Source: an uncultured marine group I thaumarchaeote (GTDB taxonomy: Archaea > Thermoproteota > Nitrososphaeria > Nitrososphaerales > Nitrosopumilaceae). Taken from it: DNA of 64,000 bases. The stretch is from positions 28,587 to 92,586 of the forward strand of contig CABXQD010000002.1 in NCBI GenBank assembly GCA_902514275.1, in the 5' to 3' direction. The position numbers were made by a program, and so were the translations under genes. The notes beneath the pieces are model-generated. The model did no database searches. It was not told where the DNA came from and saw only the letters and a program-made list of their open reading frames with translations. Every line of letters begins with the position of its first letter. Position 1 is the stretch's first letter. Of this stretch, positions 17,602-27,996 are shown one piece after another.

Positions 17602-20100
17602 TCAAATAACAAAATATTGTGCTTTTGGATGATGAAGGATTATTGCTGCAGTGGATTGTTCAGGGATGATTTGACCAGATTCAGTAATAGTCATTCCAGA
17701 TTTTTCAGGTTGCAATAATTTCCATACCAAATGATGTTGAGATACATCAGGACAACTTGGAAAACCCCAACTATATCTTAATCCTCCTTTAGTCAATGCC
17801 AATTCAGATTTAATTTTTTCATTAATCCACTGTGCTAAAGCTTCTGCAAGTTCAACAGCTAATCCATGAAGATAATATGCATCAGAATATTTGTCCTCCT
17901 CATTCCATTTTTCCAAGATATCAGCAACTTTTGTACCAACAGTAACAGATTGAAATGCAACAATATCATCATCACCAAAATAATCAGTCAAACACAGATG
18001 TTCAGGACGGGTAGAACGTGGAAAATCAAATTCCACATCATCACCAGTAGGATTTTCTACGAGTAATTTTTGTCCATTATTATGACATTTGAAATATCCA
18101 TATACTATTTCAGGCTCAATTAACTTATCACGAATTAATCTAATTTTCCATTCTGTTAATAATTGCTCATGTGCCTCTTCAGATTCAGAACCAGCTTTAC
18201 CCCTCAATCCCCAAGATAATTTGAATAGAGATTTTTTGTCAATCATTGTCCAAACTTCATCCATATTGATTTGATCTAATTTTAAACGAATAGGCTTACC
18301 AATTATTTTAGGAGTAGGTGAGGTTACAGATTCAATATTACTTCGAGGAAGAGTAGAAGGATCAACATCAACACTGGTTCTTTCTTTCCAATTTTCTAAT
18401 TTTGTTTTCCACTCTTCCAAAAGTTTTGGTTTATCATCAGAAATCAAAGTGTCCATTGTTTTCAAACCTTCAAACATAGTATTACAATAAAATACACCAG
18501 GATCATAAATTCCACCTTCTTTTGCAATTCGATTAATGTAATTACTGTTAATTGCAGCACCACCACAAAGAATTGGAACAGTCATGTTATTTTTTCTGGC
18601 ATGTTCAACAAAAAATTTCATTTGTTTAGAAGTGGAAACCAATAATGCAGATAAGCCTATTGCATCAGGTTTTACTTCATCAATTTTTTCTAAGAATTTT
18701 TGAAGGGGAACTTGTTTTCCTAAATCATATACAGAATAACCATTATTTTGAAAAATAGTTTTAACAAGATTTTTACCAATATCATGAACATCGCCATAAA
18801 CAGTTCCTAAAACAAGTTTTCCTTTACTAGTTCCTTCTTCTTTAACTAAATATTTTTCAAGTTCACCAACAGAGGCTTTCATACATTCAGCAGATTTTAA
18901 AACAAAAGGTAAAATCAATTCTCCAGATCCAAATTTATCACCAACTTCCTTCATCGCTGGAAGTAAATCCTCATTGAGAGTCTTAATTGCACCAGGATGT
19001 GTTACATCTTTAGGCAAATCTAGGCTCAAAAGACCATCATTATTTTGAATTAAATCCGTTTTATTCAGCTTATCAGCAATTGCTGAAACAACATCATTTT
19101 GAATTCCATCTTTGAGTCGATTTACAATTCTAAAATTAGCACGTTTACCAGGAGGCCAAGTAGGATCAACATCAACTTTTTTTACATTATCAGTACTTTG
19201 AGGTCCTGCTTTTTCAAAATAAGAAATTAAATCTGCTAATGCATCAGAATGAGTATTAAAAATTAAATCTTCAGCAAGTTTTTTTTCTTTAGAATCAATT
19301 TCACCATAAGGAATAATTTCTTTTGCATTTACAATCGCCGAATCAAGTCCAACTTTTACAGCATGGTGTAAAAATATAGAATTAAGAATTTTTCTAGCAT
19401 AAGGCATCAAGCCAAAACTAATGTTACTTAAACCCAAAGTAGTAAAGCAATTAGGAAATTTTTCTTTAACAAGACGAATCCCATCTAAAGTATTTTTACC
19501 AGCATCAAGAAATTCATCTTCTCCAGTGGCCAAAGTAAAAGTAAGCACATCAAAAATAAATTGTTCAATTTTTAATCCATAATTTTTACCGGTTTCATAA
19601 AGTAATTCAGCAGTATCCACTTTCTGGTTAGGAGTTTTTGCCATTCCATTAGGACCAATACACAAAGCTATTGCAGGTAATCCATATTTTGCCATTATAG
19701 GTGCTAATTTTTCAAACCTGCTTCCATCACCTTCTAAATTAATTGAATTAATTATAGGTCTACCAGGAATTTGTTTAACAGATGATTCTATGACATCAGG
19801 ATCTGTAGAATCAATTACTAAAGGAGCATCAATTTCTAAACTTAATTTTTTTACTAAAGTTAACATAAATTCACGTTCATCAGAACGCTCAGTAGTAGCT
19901 ACACAAACATCTAAACAATGTGCACCATCTTCAGATTGAATTCTTGCTAAATCAACTAAACCATCAAAATCATCAGCAAGAACTAGTTTTTTGGCTTTTC
20001 GAGAACCTTGAGTGTTTATTCTTTCTCCAATAATTAGAGGGGCAGGAATTTGTTTAAGATCAACGGCTTTCAATGCAGAACTTACTCTTGGAACAGTCAT
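17602..20100 (-). CDS. metH: B12-dependent methionine synthase: pterin-binding, cobalamin-binding and reactivation domains
   Basis: IIGERIN, IDST, INSINLE, GDVHDIGKNLV, SALL, RYSWGFPSCPD. Confidence 0.93.
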   Translation of the reverse strand: MTVPRVSSALKAVDLKQIPAPLIIGERINTQGSRKAKKLVLADDFDGLVDLARIQSEDGAHCLDVCVATTERSDEREFMLTLVKKLSLEIDAPLVIDSTDPDVIESSVKQIPGRPIINSINLEGDGSRFEKLAPIMAKYGLPAIALCIGPNGMAKTPNQKVDTAELLYETGKNYGLKIEQFIFDVLTFTLATGEDEFLDAGKNTLDGIRLVKEKFPNCFTTLGLSNISFGLMPYARKILNSIFLHHAVKVGLDSAIVNAKEIIPYGEIDSKEKKLAEDLIFNTHSDALADLISYFEKAGPQSTDNVKKVDVDPTWPPGKRANFRIVNRLKDGIQNDVVSAIADKLNKTDLIQNNDGLLSLDLPKDVTHPGAIKTLNEDLLPAMKEVGDKFGSGELILPFVLKSAECMKASVGELEKYLVKEEGTSKGKLVLGTVYGDVHDIGKNLVKTIFQNNGYSVYDLGKQVPLQKFLEKIDEVKPDAIGLSALLVSTSKQMKFFVEHARKNNMTVPILCGGAAINSNYINRIAKEGGIYDPGVFYCNTMFEGLKTMDTLISDDKPKLLEEWKTKLENWKERTSVDVDPSTLPRSNIESVTSPTPKIIGKPIRLKLDQINMDEVWTMIDKKSLFKLSWGLRGKAGSESEEAHEQLLTEWKIRLIRDKLIEPEIVYGYFKCHNNGQKLLVENPTGDDVEFDFPRSTRPEHLCLTDYFGDDDIVAFQSVTVGTKVADILEKWNEEDKYSDAYYLHGLAVELAEALAQWINEKIKSELALTKGGLRYSWGFPSCPDVSQHHLVWKLLQPEKSGMTITESGQIIPEQSTAAIILHHPKAQYFVI

Positions 20101-20131
20101 ACTCTAAAATCACATCAGTTTTTCTAAATAC

Positions 20132-21094
20132 TTAACCCTTGATAGAACTGGCTTTTTCGTCAATAATTTTTCGTAAAGATTTGATATGTTCAGGATTTGT
20201 GCCACAACATCCTCCAATAATTCGAACTTTATTGTATTGATTAAGAAAATCACCTAAAGCATCAGCCATTTTTTCAGGAGTCATTTTGTAGACAGCTTGT
20301 CCACCATGATTTTCAGGCATTCCAGCATTTGGAACCACTAAAAGATTATGTTCATTTTGTTCATCAAGCCATTGAACACTAGGATTCATTTCAATTGGAC
20401 CAGTAGAACAATTCAAACCAAATACATCAATCCCCATATCAGATACGGTAGTGTATGCAGATTGAATATTAGTACCAAGTAACATTTTTCCATATTGATC
20501 TAATGTGGTATTAGAAATAATTGCCACTTTTTTTCCGGTTTTAGACATAGCATTATGACATGCTTCAATAACCAATTTTACTTCCAAAATATCCTGACTT
20601 GTTTCAATAAGTAATGCATCTACACCACCAAGAATCAAACCTTCAGCTTGTAATTCAAAAGCTTCACGAATTTCATCAAGAGGTATTTGTCCCAAATCAG
20701 GATCATCTGAACTTGGCAAATAACCAGTTGGACCCATAGAGCCAATTACAAATCGAGTAGTATCAGAATATTCAGCACATACTTCAGATGCTAAAAGTGC
20801 AATTTTTTTATTAAAATCAATAGTTTGATCTCCAAAACCATATTCATCTAATTTTATTTTATTAGAACCAAAAGAATTTGTTTCAATGCAATCAGCACCA
20901 GCATCTAGATAATTCCTATGAATTTGTTTAATCCAATCAGGGTGAGTTAATATCAAACCATCATTAAAGCCATCTTGATTATTTGGAAAATCTTCAGGAG
21001 TTGGATCATATTTTTGAATTTCAGTTCCCATTGCCCCATCAAAAAGTAAAACTCTAGTTTTCAATGCATCTAAGAAAGATTCTTTTTCAGTCAA
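20132..21094 (-). CDS. Methionine synthase homocysteine-binding domain as a separate gene
   Basis: DGAMGT, ETNSF, GLNC, PNAGMP, GGCCGT. Confidence 0.93.
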   Translation of the reverse strand: MTEKESFLDALKTRVLLFDGAMGTEIQKYDPTPEDFPNNQDGFNDGLILTHPDWIKQIHRNYLDAGADCIETNSFGSNKIKLDEYGFGDQTIDFNKKIALLASEVCAEYSDTTRFVIGSMGPTGYLPSSDDPDLGQIPLDEIREAFELQAEGLILGGVDALLIETSQDILEVKLVIEACHNAMSKTGKKVAIISNTTLDQYGKMLLGTNIQSAYTTVSDMGIDVFGLNCSTGPIEMNPSVQWLDEQNEHNLLVVPNAGMPENHGGQAVYKMTPEKMADALGDFLNQYNKVRIIGGCCGTNPEHIKSLRKIIDEKASSIKG

Positions 21095-21205
21095 TTGATT
21101 TTAAAAAATACTTGTACAGTTTAACTCTTTTCAGATAAAAATAGAAAAAAATCTCAAATGTGAACGTATGTTGAAATTAGGTGGAATCAGAATTACTGTA
21201 TATTT

Positions 21206-22306
21206 ATGTCAAAGTTACAAGTAAACAACTTAGTTCGTAGTGCAACATTCTTTCAACATGCAGGAATTTCAATTGTATTTGTATTCATGCCAATTATTGG
21301 AAAAGGTGTAACAGATTCCATTTTTGAAATTGGATTGTTAATTGCTTCATTTAGTTTTGCACAAATCATATCAGAAATTTATTTTGGAAGACATTCAGAT
21401 AAGAAAGGAACTAGACTCAAATTCATCAGAATTGGTTTCATAGGATGTGCAATAGCATTTGGATTACATTATTTTGCAGATGATCTGACATTATTATTTC
21501 TAGTAAGAATTGCTGCAGGAATTGCAAGTGGAATAATGATTCCAGCAATGATTGCTTATACATACGAGGCAAATATTGATAAAAAAAGAGCAGCAACAGT
21601 GATTTCATTTCATGCTTTAGGATGGTTAGCAGGAATTGCAGCTGCAGGAATTGCAAGTGATCTTAGATTAATTTTCATAATTAGTGCAGCATCATTTATC
21701 ATAGGTTTAATTTTTACAATAAAACTACCAAATCCAGAACAAAAAAAAGAAGTTGAACCAGGAACAACAAAACTAGTTATTTTAAAAAATAAATTTCTGT
21801 TTTTATCATTACTACTAAGACATATTGGTGCAGCAGCAGTATGGACAATTCTTCCAATTATGATTGTAGAGAGATGGGGAGGAGACCTATATCATATTTC
21901 TGTAGTGTATGTTGCCAATACACTGACAGCATTTATTTTAATGAACATTATGGCAAGTAAGATTCAACTTTCTAATGTTACTAAATTTAAAATCGGAATT
22001 GGTTGTACTACTTTTGTATTTATTGGATTGTCATTTGTAACAGAGTGGTGGATGGCAATGCCATTTATGTCACTAGTTGGAGCAACATGGGCATTTTTAT
22101 TTATTGGAGGAAATTTTCATTTAATGGAAAACAATCCACGTTCAACATCAACGGGAATATTTAGTTCAACATTATCCATTTCAACAGTAATAGGACCAGT
22201 GATAGCAGGAACTATAGCATTCATGTTTGACTATGTAGCTGTAATGTATTTTGCAATTGCAATCATTATATGTGCATTTATTGTTTCACTAAAAATTAGA
22301 AAATAA
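21206..22306 (+). CDS. MFS transporter
   Basis: About 12 hydrophobic segments, motif A-like GRHSDKKG. Confidence 0.85.
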   Translation: MSKLQVNNLVRSATFFQHAGISIVFVFMPIIGKGVTDSIFEIGLLIASFSFAQIISEIYFGRHSDKKGTRLKFIRIGFIGCAIAFGLHYFADDLTLLFLVRIAAGIASGIMIPAMIAYTYEANIDKKRAATVISFHALGWLAGIAAAGIASDLRLIFIISAASFIIGLIFTIKLPNPEQKKEVEPGTTKLVILKNKFLFLSLLLRHIGAAAVWTILPIMIVERWGGDLYHISVVYVANTLTAFILMNIMASKIQLSNVTKFKIGIGCTTFVFIGLSFVTEWWMAMPFMSLVGATWAFLFIGGNFHLMENNPRSTSTGIFSSTLSISTVIGPVIAGTIAFMFDYVAVMYFAIAIIICAFIVSLKIRK

Positions 22307-22311
22307 AAAAA

Positions 22312-23070
22312 TTATCGTAATCCCCAACGAGACATTACTTTAGTTTCCAATCTTTTGAAAATTACACCATCAATTATCAAACCTATCAACATGATAACAA
22401 CCATAATTCCAATCACTTGAGAAACATCATTTAGAGAACGTCCAGCATTTAGTAAAAATCCTAATCCTAAAAAGGAAAACAATATTTCAGCACCAATTAC
22501 ACCTCTCCATGCAAATGCCCAGCCTTGTTTAAATCCAGAAATCATGTAGGGGAATGCGGCAGGGATTAAGACAGCCGTGATTAACTGAGTTCCTTTGGCA
22601 CCCATGTTTCTTGCAGCCTCAATGAAATGAGGATCAATATTTTTGACTCCAGTATAGGTGTTAATAGTAACAGCAAAAATTGCTCCAATTGCAGTAACAA
22701 AGATTATTCCACCATCAGTTAGACCAAACCAAAGTATTGCTAGCGGAACCCAAGCAATTGATGGAATCGATTGTAATCCTAAAACTAGAGAACCTACAGT
22801 TTGATTGATCACTTCAACTCTCGCCATGAAAATTCCCAATACAATACCACCAGCAATTGCAATTGCCAATCCAATAGATAATCTCCACATACTTGTTGCA
22901 ATTCCATAAAATAGACTACCATCAGCACCGCCATAAAACAAATCTTCAGCTACCTCATAAGGAGATGGAAAAATATTATCAGGCCATATTCCAGCCATTG
23001 CAATAATTTGCCAAACTACCACAATTGCAATATAAAATCCAATTCGATGAGGAGTAAAATTTTTTGCCAT
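22312..23070 (-). CDS. ABC transporter permease, SsuC/TauC/NitT type
   Basis: FPSP, LQSIPSIAWVPL, EAARNMGA. Confidence 0.9.
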   Translation of the reverse strand: MAKNFTPHRIGFYIAIVVVWQIIAMAGIWPDNIFPSPYEVAEDLFYGGADGSLFYGIATSMWRLSIGLAIAIAGGIVLGIFMARVEVINQTVGSLVLGLQSIPSIAWVPLAILWFGLTDGGIIFVTAIGAIFAVTINTYTGVKNIDPHFIEAARNMGAKGTQLITAVLIPAAFPYMISGFKQGWAFAWRGVIGAEILFSFLGLGFLLNAGRSLNDVSQVIGIMVVIMLIGLIIDGVIFKRLETKVMSRWGLR

Positions 23071-23075
23071 AATAA

Positions 23076-23840
23076 TTACTCCAGATTTTTCTTTACCTCA
23101 GGTCGTAGTTCGGATAAAATATCTTGTTGAAATTTTTTCAAAGATTCATCTTCAGCAGTCCTAGGTCTAGGAAAATCATTACTTAATTCTTTTTTAATTG
23201 TTGATGGCCTGTTACTAAAAATAGCAACCTTAGTTCCAAGAACAGCTGCCTCAGCAACATTATGAGTAACAAACAAAATAGTTTTTTTAGTTTTTTCCCA
23301 AATCAATTGCATTTCAACTAATAACAAATCTCGAGTTTGTGGATCAAGAGCGGCAAAAGGTTCATCCATCAATAAAACATCAGGATCCATTACAAGAGCT
23401 CTAGCAATAGCTACACGTTGTTTCATTCCAGTTGAAAGTTGATACGTAAATGAATCTGCAAATTTAGTTAATTGCATCATATCCAAATATCTATGAGATA
23501 TTTTGGCTCTCTCTTCTTTTGAAATTCCAGCCATCTTTAATCCAAACTCAACATTATCTTGAACTTTTAACCATGGAAATAAAGCACCTTCTTGAAAAAC
23601 CATGATTCTTTCAGGACCAGTTTCAGTTACAGGATGACCATCAAAGATAATTTGTCCATCATCAGGTTTCTCTAAACCGGCAACTATACGTAAAAAAGTA
23701 GATTTTCCACAGCCAGAAGGTCCAACTAAGCATACAAAATCACCAGATTCAATTTTTAAGTCCACTCCACCTAATGCTTTGAGTTTATGTGAATCATGAC
23801 TAAAATATTTTACAATATTTTTTGCCTCTAATTTGGTCAT
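23076..23840 (-). CDS. ABC transporter ATP-binding protein, SsuB/TauB/NrtD type
   Basis: GPSGCGKS, LSTGMKQR, LLMDEPFAALD. Confidence 0.92.
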   Translation of the reverse strand: MTKLEAKNIVKYFSHDSHKLKALGGVDLKIESGDFVCLVGPSGCGKSTFLRIVAGLEKPDDGQIIFDGHPVTETGPERIMVFQEGALFPWLKVQDNVEFGLKMAGISKEERAKISHRYLDMMQLTKFADSFTYQLSTGMKQRVAIARALVMDPDVLLMDEPFAALDPQTRDLLLVEMQLIWEKTKKTILFVTHNVAEAAVLGTKVAIFSNRPSTIKKELSNDFPRPRTAEDESLKKFQQDILSELRPEVKKNLE

Positions 23841-24866
23841 TTAATTACCTCCCTCAAGATTAGGATTTGAATCAATAGTGTAAAAAATTTCAGATAAATC
23901 ATATCCATTTCTTCCCAAATAACCCAACACATTAGCTTTTTCAGCAAAAGAATAAACAGAATCTTTTACAGGATTAGTGGTAATTTCTAAATGAGATAAT
24001 GAAATATCAACCACATCATCAGATAAGGGTTGACCTAAATGAGATTTTAAAAAGTTATTAAAAACAATTCTAGTCTCAACAGGATTATCATTAATCCATT
24101 CTACGGTGTTATGATGAGAAACAAGAAATTCAGAAATTAGTTTAGGATTTTTTTTAACGTAATCAGTATTTGCAATTAACAATACAGAAGCAAATTGTTT
24201 ATTTGGCCACAAATCTTCTTCAAAAAATAATCTCTTTCCACCAAGTTCAGTTTCTAAAATTGTTGCCCAAGGTTCTGCAACCCATGCACCATCAATATCA
24301 CCTTTGACAAATAAAGTGTAAATATCAGGATTAGAAATATTATAAATTATTACAGAACCACCTTTTTCAGCAGGTTTTAAATTATTTTCAGACAAATAAT
24401 GACGTAAAGAAACATCTTGGGTGTTACCAATTTGAGGAGCAGCAATTTTTTTTCCTACAAAATCAGATGCAGAATTAATTTCAGAATTAGGATGTACAAT
24501 GAAACTTGCACCACCGCTTGCAGCTCCAGATAAAATTTGAATATTATTATTTTCTGAATTTAAAAATCCATTAATTGCTGGACCAGGTCCAACATATGCA
24601 ACATCAACAGAATTTGCAAAAAGGGATTCTATTACTTGAGGACCACTATCAAAAATTCTACTTTCAATTTTAATATCAGAACCAAGTTTTTCCGTAAAGA
24701 AGTCATTTTCTATTCCAACAATGGGTATAGCATGACCAATGTTTGGAAAATATGCAATTCTTAAATTATTTTCATTTAGTTCTTCACTAGAATTAAGAGT
24801 AATACCAGCAATAGAAGCCAAAATAGCTGCAATAATTCCTATGGAAAGTAACAATTTGATTGTCAT
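23841..24866 (-). CDS. ABC substrate-binding protein, SsuA (aliphatic sulfonate)-like
   Basis: YFPNIGHA, FDSGP, YVGPGPAING, PQIGNTQD, WVAEPW. Confidence 0.85.
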   Translation of the reverse strand: MTIKLLLSIGIIAAILASIAGITLNSSEELNENNLRIAYFPNIGHAIPIVGIENDFFTEKLGSDIKIESRIFDSGPQVIESLFANSVDVAYVGPGPAINGFLNSENNNIQILSGAASGGASFIVHPNSEINSASDFVGKKIAAPQIGNTQDVSLRHYLSENNLKPAEKGGSVIIYNISNPDIYTLFVKGDIDGAWVAEPWATILETELGGKRLFFEEDLWPNKQFASVLLIANTDYVKKNPKLISEFLVSHHNTVEWINDNPVETRIVFNNFLKSHLGQPLSDDVVDISLSHLEITTNPVKDSVYSFAEKANVLGYLGRNGYDLSEIFYTIDSNPNLEGGN

Positions 24867-25000
24867 AAAACAGCGTTATATTCGATAGTTAAATAATCAT
24901 CGAATTTTAGCTTAAGCTAGTCACAAATTTCTTATAAAAAAACAAAAAAACAAGCACAACACAAAAGATAAATTCGAAAATACTACGGAAAAGATGTTCC

Positions 25001-26200
25001 ATGACTCAAAAAGGAATTCTTGCATTTTCAGGAGGATTAGATACTTCAGTTGTTGTAAAATATTTACAAGAAGAACACGACATGGATGTGATCACAGTAA
25101 CTATAGATGTAGGTCAAGGAGATGATGCAAAAAAAATTGCTGCAAAAGCAAAAAAATTAGGAGTTAAAAAACATTACAATATTGATGCAAGAAAAGAATT
25201 TGTTGACGATTACATATTTCCAGCAATTAAAGCAAATGCACTTTATCAAAAAAAATATTGTTTAGCAACAGCTCTTGCTCGACCATTAATTGCAGAAAAA
25301 GTTTTAGAAATTGCAAAAAAAGAAAAAGTTACATCATTAGCACATGGATGTTCAGGTAAAGGTAATGATCAAGTTCGTTTTGATATTACATTACGTTCAG
25401 GTTCGGATCTTCCAATCATAGCACCAATTAGGGATAAAAATTTGGATAGAGATACAGAATTAGAATTTGCAAAAAAACACGGAATAGAAATTGATGCAGT
25501 TGCTAAAAAATTTAGTATTGATCAAAATTTATGGGGACGTGCAATTGAAGGAGGCGTTCTAGAAGATCCATATAACGAACCACCTGATGATGCATTCATT
25601 TGGGTAAAAACAAAAAACCTACCAGATAAACCAACATACTTAGAAATTAAATTTGAAAAAGGAATTCCAATAGAAGTAGATGGAAAAATAAAAGGTTCAC
25701 AGAAAATAATTGAATATATCAACAAAAAAGCAGGTGCATCAGGTGTTGGAATAATAGACCATATTGAAGATCGAGTCGTAGGAATCAAATCACGTGAAGT
25801 GTATGAAACTCCTGCAGCAACTTGTCTAATTGAAGCACATGCAGATTTAGAAAAAATGGTTCACACAAAACATGAAAATAAATTCAAATCAATTATCGAT
25901 GATGAATGGGCACATTTAGTATATTCAGGTCTATGGCAAGATCCACTTAAAGCAGATCTAGATGGTTTCATTGAAAAATCACAAAAACCAGTTTCAGGTA
26001 CTGTAAAACTAAAGATGTACAAAGGAAGTCTAAGAGTAGTCGGTAGAAAATCAAATAATTCATTGTACAGTCACGATATTGCAACTTACGGGGTAGAATC
26101 TACATTTGATCAAAGATTGGCCAAAGGATTCGTAGAATTATGGGGTATGCAGTCAACGGAAGCTAATAAATTACAAAAGAAAAGGAAATCAAAAACATGA
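25001..26200 (+). CDS. argG: Argininosuccinate synthase
   Basis: AFSGGLDTS, TALARP, HGCSGKGNDQVRF, IKSREVYETP. Confidence 0.97.
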   Translation: MTQKGILAFSGGLDTSVVVKYLQEEHDMDVITVTIDVGQGDDAKKIAAKAKKLGVKKHYNIDARKEFVDDYIFPAIKANALYQKKYCLATALARPLIAEKVLEIAKKEKVTSLAHGCSGKGNDQVRFDITLRSGSDLPIIAPIRDKNLDRDTELEFAKKHGIEIDAVAKKFSIDQNLWGRAIEGGVLEDPYNEPPDDAFIWVKTKNLPDKPTYLEIKFEKGIPIEVDGKIKGSQKIIEYINKKAGASGVGIIDHIEDRVVGIKSREVYETPAATCLIEAHADLEKMVHTKHENKFKSIIDDEWAHLVYSGLWQDPLKADLDGFIEKSQKPVSGTVKLKMYKGSLRVVGRKSNNSLYSHDIATYGVESTFDQRLAKGFVELWGMQSTEANKLQKKRKSKT

Positions 26201-26364
26201 ACTGTCCAGAATGTGACGCAAAACTCAACATCCCAGAAGATGCCTCAGTAGGAGAAATAGTCTCCTGCCCTGATTGTGGAGCTGACTTTGAGATTTCCAA
26301 AAAAGAAGGATCAAATATTGAGCTAAAACAAGCAGAAAGCGTAGGCGAAGACTGGGGAGAGTAA
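26197..26364 (+). CDS. lysW: Amino-group carrier protein LysW/ArgW, arginine branch (not in ORF track)
   Basis: MNCPECDAKLNIPEDASVGEIVSCPDCGADFEISKKEGSNIELKQAESVGEDWGE*; overlaps the argG stop and the argX start. Confidence 0.95.
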   Translation: MNCPECDAKLNIPEDASVGEIVSCPDCGADFEISKKEGSNIELKQAESVGEDWGE

Positions 26365-27221
26365 TGTCAAAAATCAGCATTGTTTTTGACCGTTTAAGAA
26401 CGGAAGAAAAAATGCTTCAAAAGGAAGCCGCCGAATTAGGACATACCGCAGTAATGCTTGATGCCAAAATTACTCAAATCAATACAGATACAAAAAAAGA
26501 GGATTTGGATTTAGGTGATGTGGTATTAGAAAGATGTGTAAGTTATTTCAGGGGGCTTCATTTTACATCAGCTTTAGAATTTTTAGATATTCCAGTTTTG
26601 AATAAGTTTGAGGTTGCACATACTTGTGGAAATAAAATGTTCATGACATTACTTTTGAAAAAAAATAACATTCCAACACCAAAAACATATTTTTCATTTT
26701 CAAGTGAAAGTGCCACAGAAAATTTAGAAAATGTTGGATATCCACTTGTTATCAAACCAGTGATAGGTAGTTGGGGAAGAGGAGTAATGCCAATTAAAGA
26801 TAAAGATGCCATGGATGCAGTGGTGGAGGTTAGAGAAATTACAGATAGTCCACATGACAGAATTTACTATTTACAAGAAGTTGTAAAAAGACCTCCAAGA
26901 GATATTAGAATAATTACAATAGGTGATGAACCAATTGCAGGAATGTATAGAAAATCATCAGGTGGATTTAAAACAAATATTGCATTAGGTGCAGATCCTG
27001 AAATTTGTGAGATAACAAAAGAAATGGAAGAAATGGCAATTAAAGCATCAAAAGCAATGGGTGGAGGAATTTTAGGAATAGATATGATGGAAGATGAAGA
27101 AAAAGGAATAGTAGTTCACGAAGTTAACAATACTGTGGAATTCAAGGGATTAGCAAAAGTTGCAAAAAGAAACATACCAAAAGAAATGATACAATTTGCT
27201 TTAAATTATTCTAGAAAATAG
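26364..27221 (+). CDS. argX: Glutamate--LysW ligase ArgX (RimK-family ATP-grasp)
   Basis: IKPVIGSWGR, RDIR; EVNNTVEFKGL resembles the ArgX-type GF signature; lies with argG. Confidence 0.8.
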   Translation: MSKISIVFDRLRTEEKMLQKEAAELGHTAVMLDAKITQINTDTKKEDLDLGDVVLERCVSYFRGLHFTSALEFLDIPVLNKFEVAHTCGNKMFMTLLLKKNNIPTPKTYFSFSSESATENLENVGYPLVIKPVIGSWGRGVMPIKDKDAMDAVVEVREITDSPHDRIYYLQEVVKRPPRDIRIITIGDEPIAGMYRKSSGGFKTNIALGADPEICEITKEMEEMAIKASKAMGGGILGIDMMEDEEKGIVVHEVNNTVEFKGLAKVAKRNIPKEMIQFALNYSRK

Positions 27222-27239
27222 ATAATAAAATAAATTAAT

Positions 27240-27569
27240 TCATCTAGGAAAATAAAACATTACAGCAATACCAATTAAAACTATAATAGAACCAAGAATT
27301 TCAAATTTATCGGGTTTTTTCTTATCTATCCAATAACCCCACAATAAAGAAGATACAACAAAAAATCCACCGTAAGCAGCATACACTTTTCCAAAATTTT
27401 CAGGCTGGAAAGTCATGATAATACCATATGAAAATAAGATTAATCCTCCAACTAATCCAAGAATTTTTCCTTGATGATTTTTCAACCATCTCCAAATTAA
27501 ATAACCACCAGCAATTTCCAACAATGCTGCAAAAAAGAAAAGTCCCAAAGAACTTAGTGTATCAATCAT
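27240..27569 (-). CDS. YnfA (UPF0060) family SMR-like membrane protein
   Basis: LEIAGGYLIW, FGKVYAAYGGFF, PDKFE. Confidence 0.9.
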   Translation of the reverse strand: MIDTLSSLGLFFFAALLEIAGGYLIWRWLKNHQGKILGLVGGLILFSYGIIMTFQPENFGKVYAAYGGFFVVSSLLWGYWIDKKKPDKFEILGSIIVLIGIAVMFYFPR

Positions 27570-27924
27570 TTTTTTCTCCTTTTCTTGGAATATAGAAAAT
27601 TATTAAAATTCCAATTACAGCAATTGTTGCTCCAATTATTTCATATTGGTCAGGCATTACACCATCAATTAACCATCCCCAAAAAACAGACATTACAATA
27701 AAAACACCACCGTAAGCAGCATAGATTCTATGAAAATGAGTTTTTTGAAATGTTGGAACTATCCCATAAAGAAATAGTACAAACCCACCCAAGGCACCCA
27801 ACATCCAACTATAATCATTTCTCAACCATAACCAAACAAGATATCCTCCACCAATTTCTAGAAATCCTGCAACAACAAATAGAAGTAAAGAAGTTAGAAT
27901 ATTTTTTGGAGACAATCTATTCAT
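27562..27924 (-). CDS. YnfA (UPF0060) family SMR-like membrane protein
   Basis: LEIGGGYLVWLWLR, FHRIYAAYGGVFI, PDQYE. Confidence 0.9.
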   Translation of the reverse strand: MNRLSPKNILTSLLLFVVAGFLEIGGGYLVWLWLRNDYSWMLGALGGFVLFLYGIVPTFQKTHFHRIYAAYGGVFIVMSVFWGWLIDGVMPDQYEIIGATIAVIGILIIFYIPRKGEKND

Positions 27925-27996
27925 AATTATTCTTTAAACTGAGGATAAAAGGTTGCAGAACTAAATCAATTATAATTAAAAAATAAAGATAAAAAA

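Noticed and set aside
17602-21094. metH as a broken pseudogene
   Set aside because: The break is at a domain boundary, both parts have starts and intact motifs, and split MetH is known
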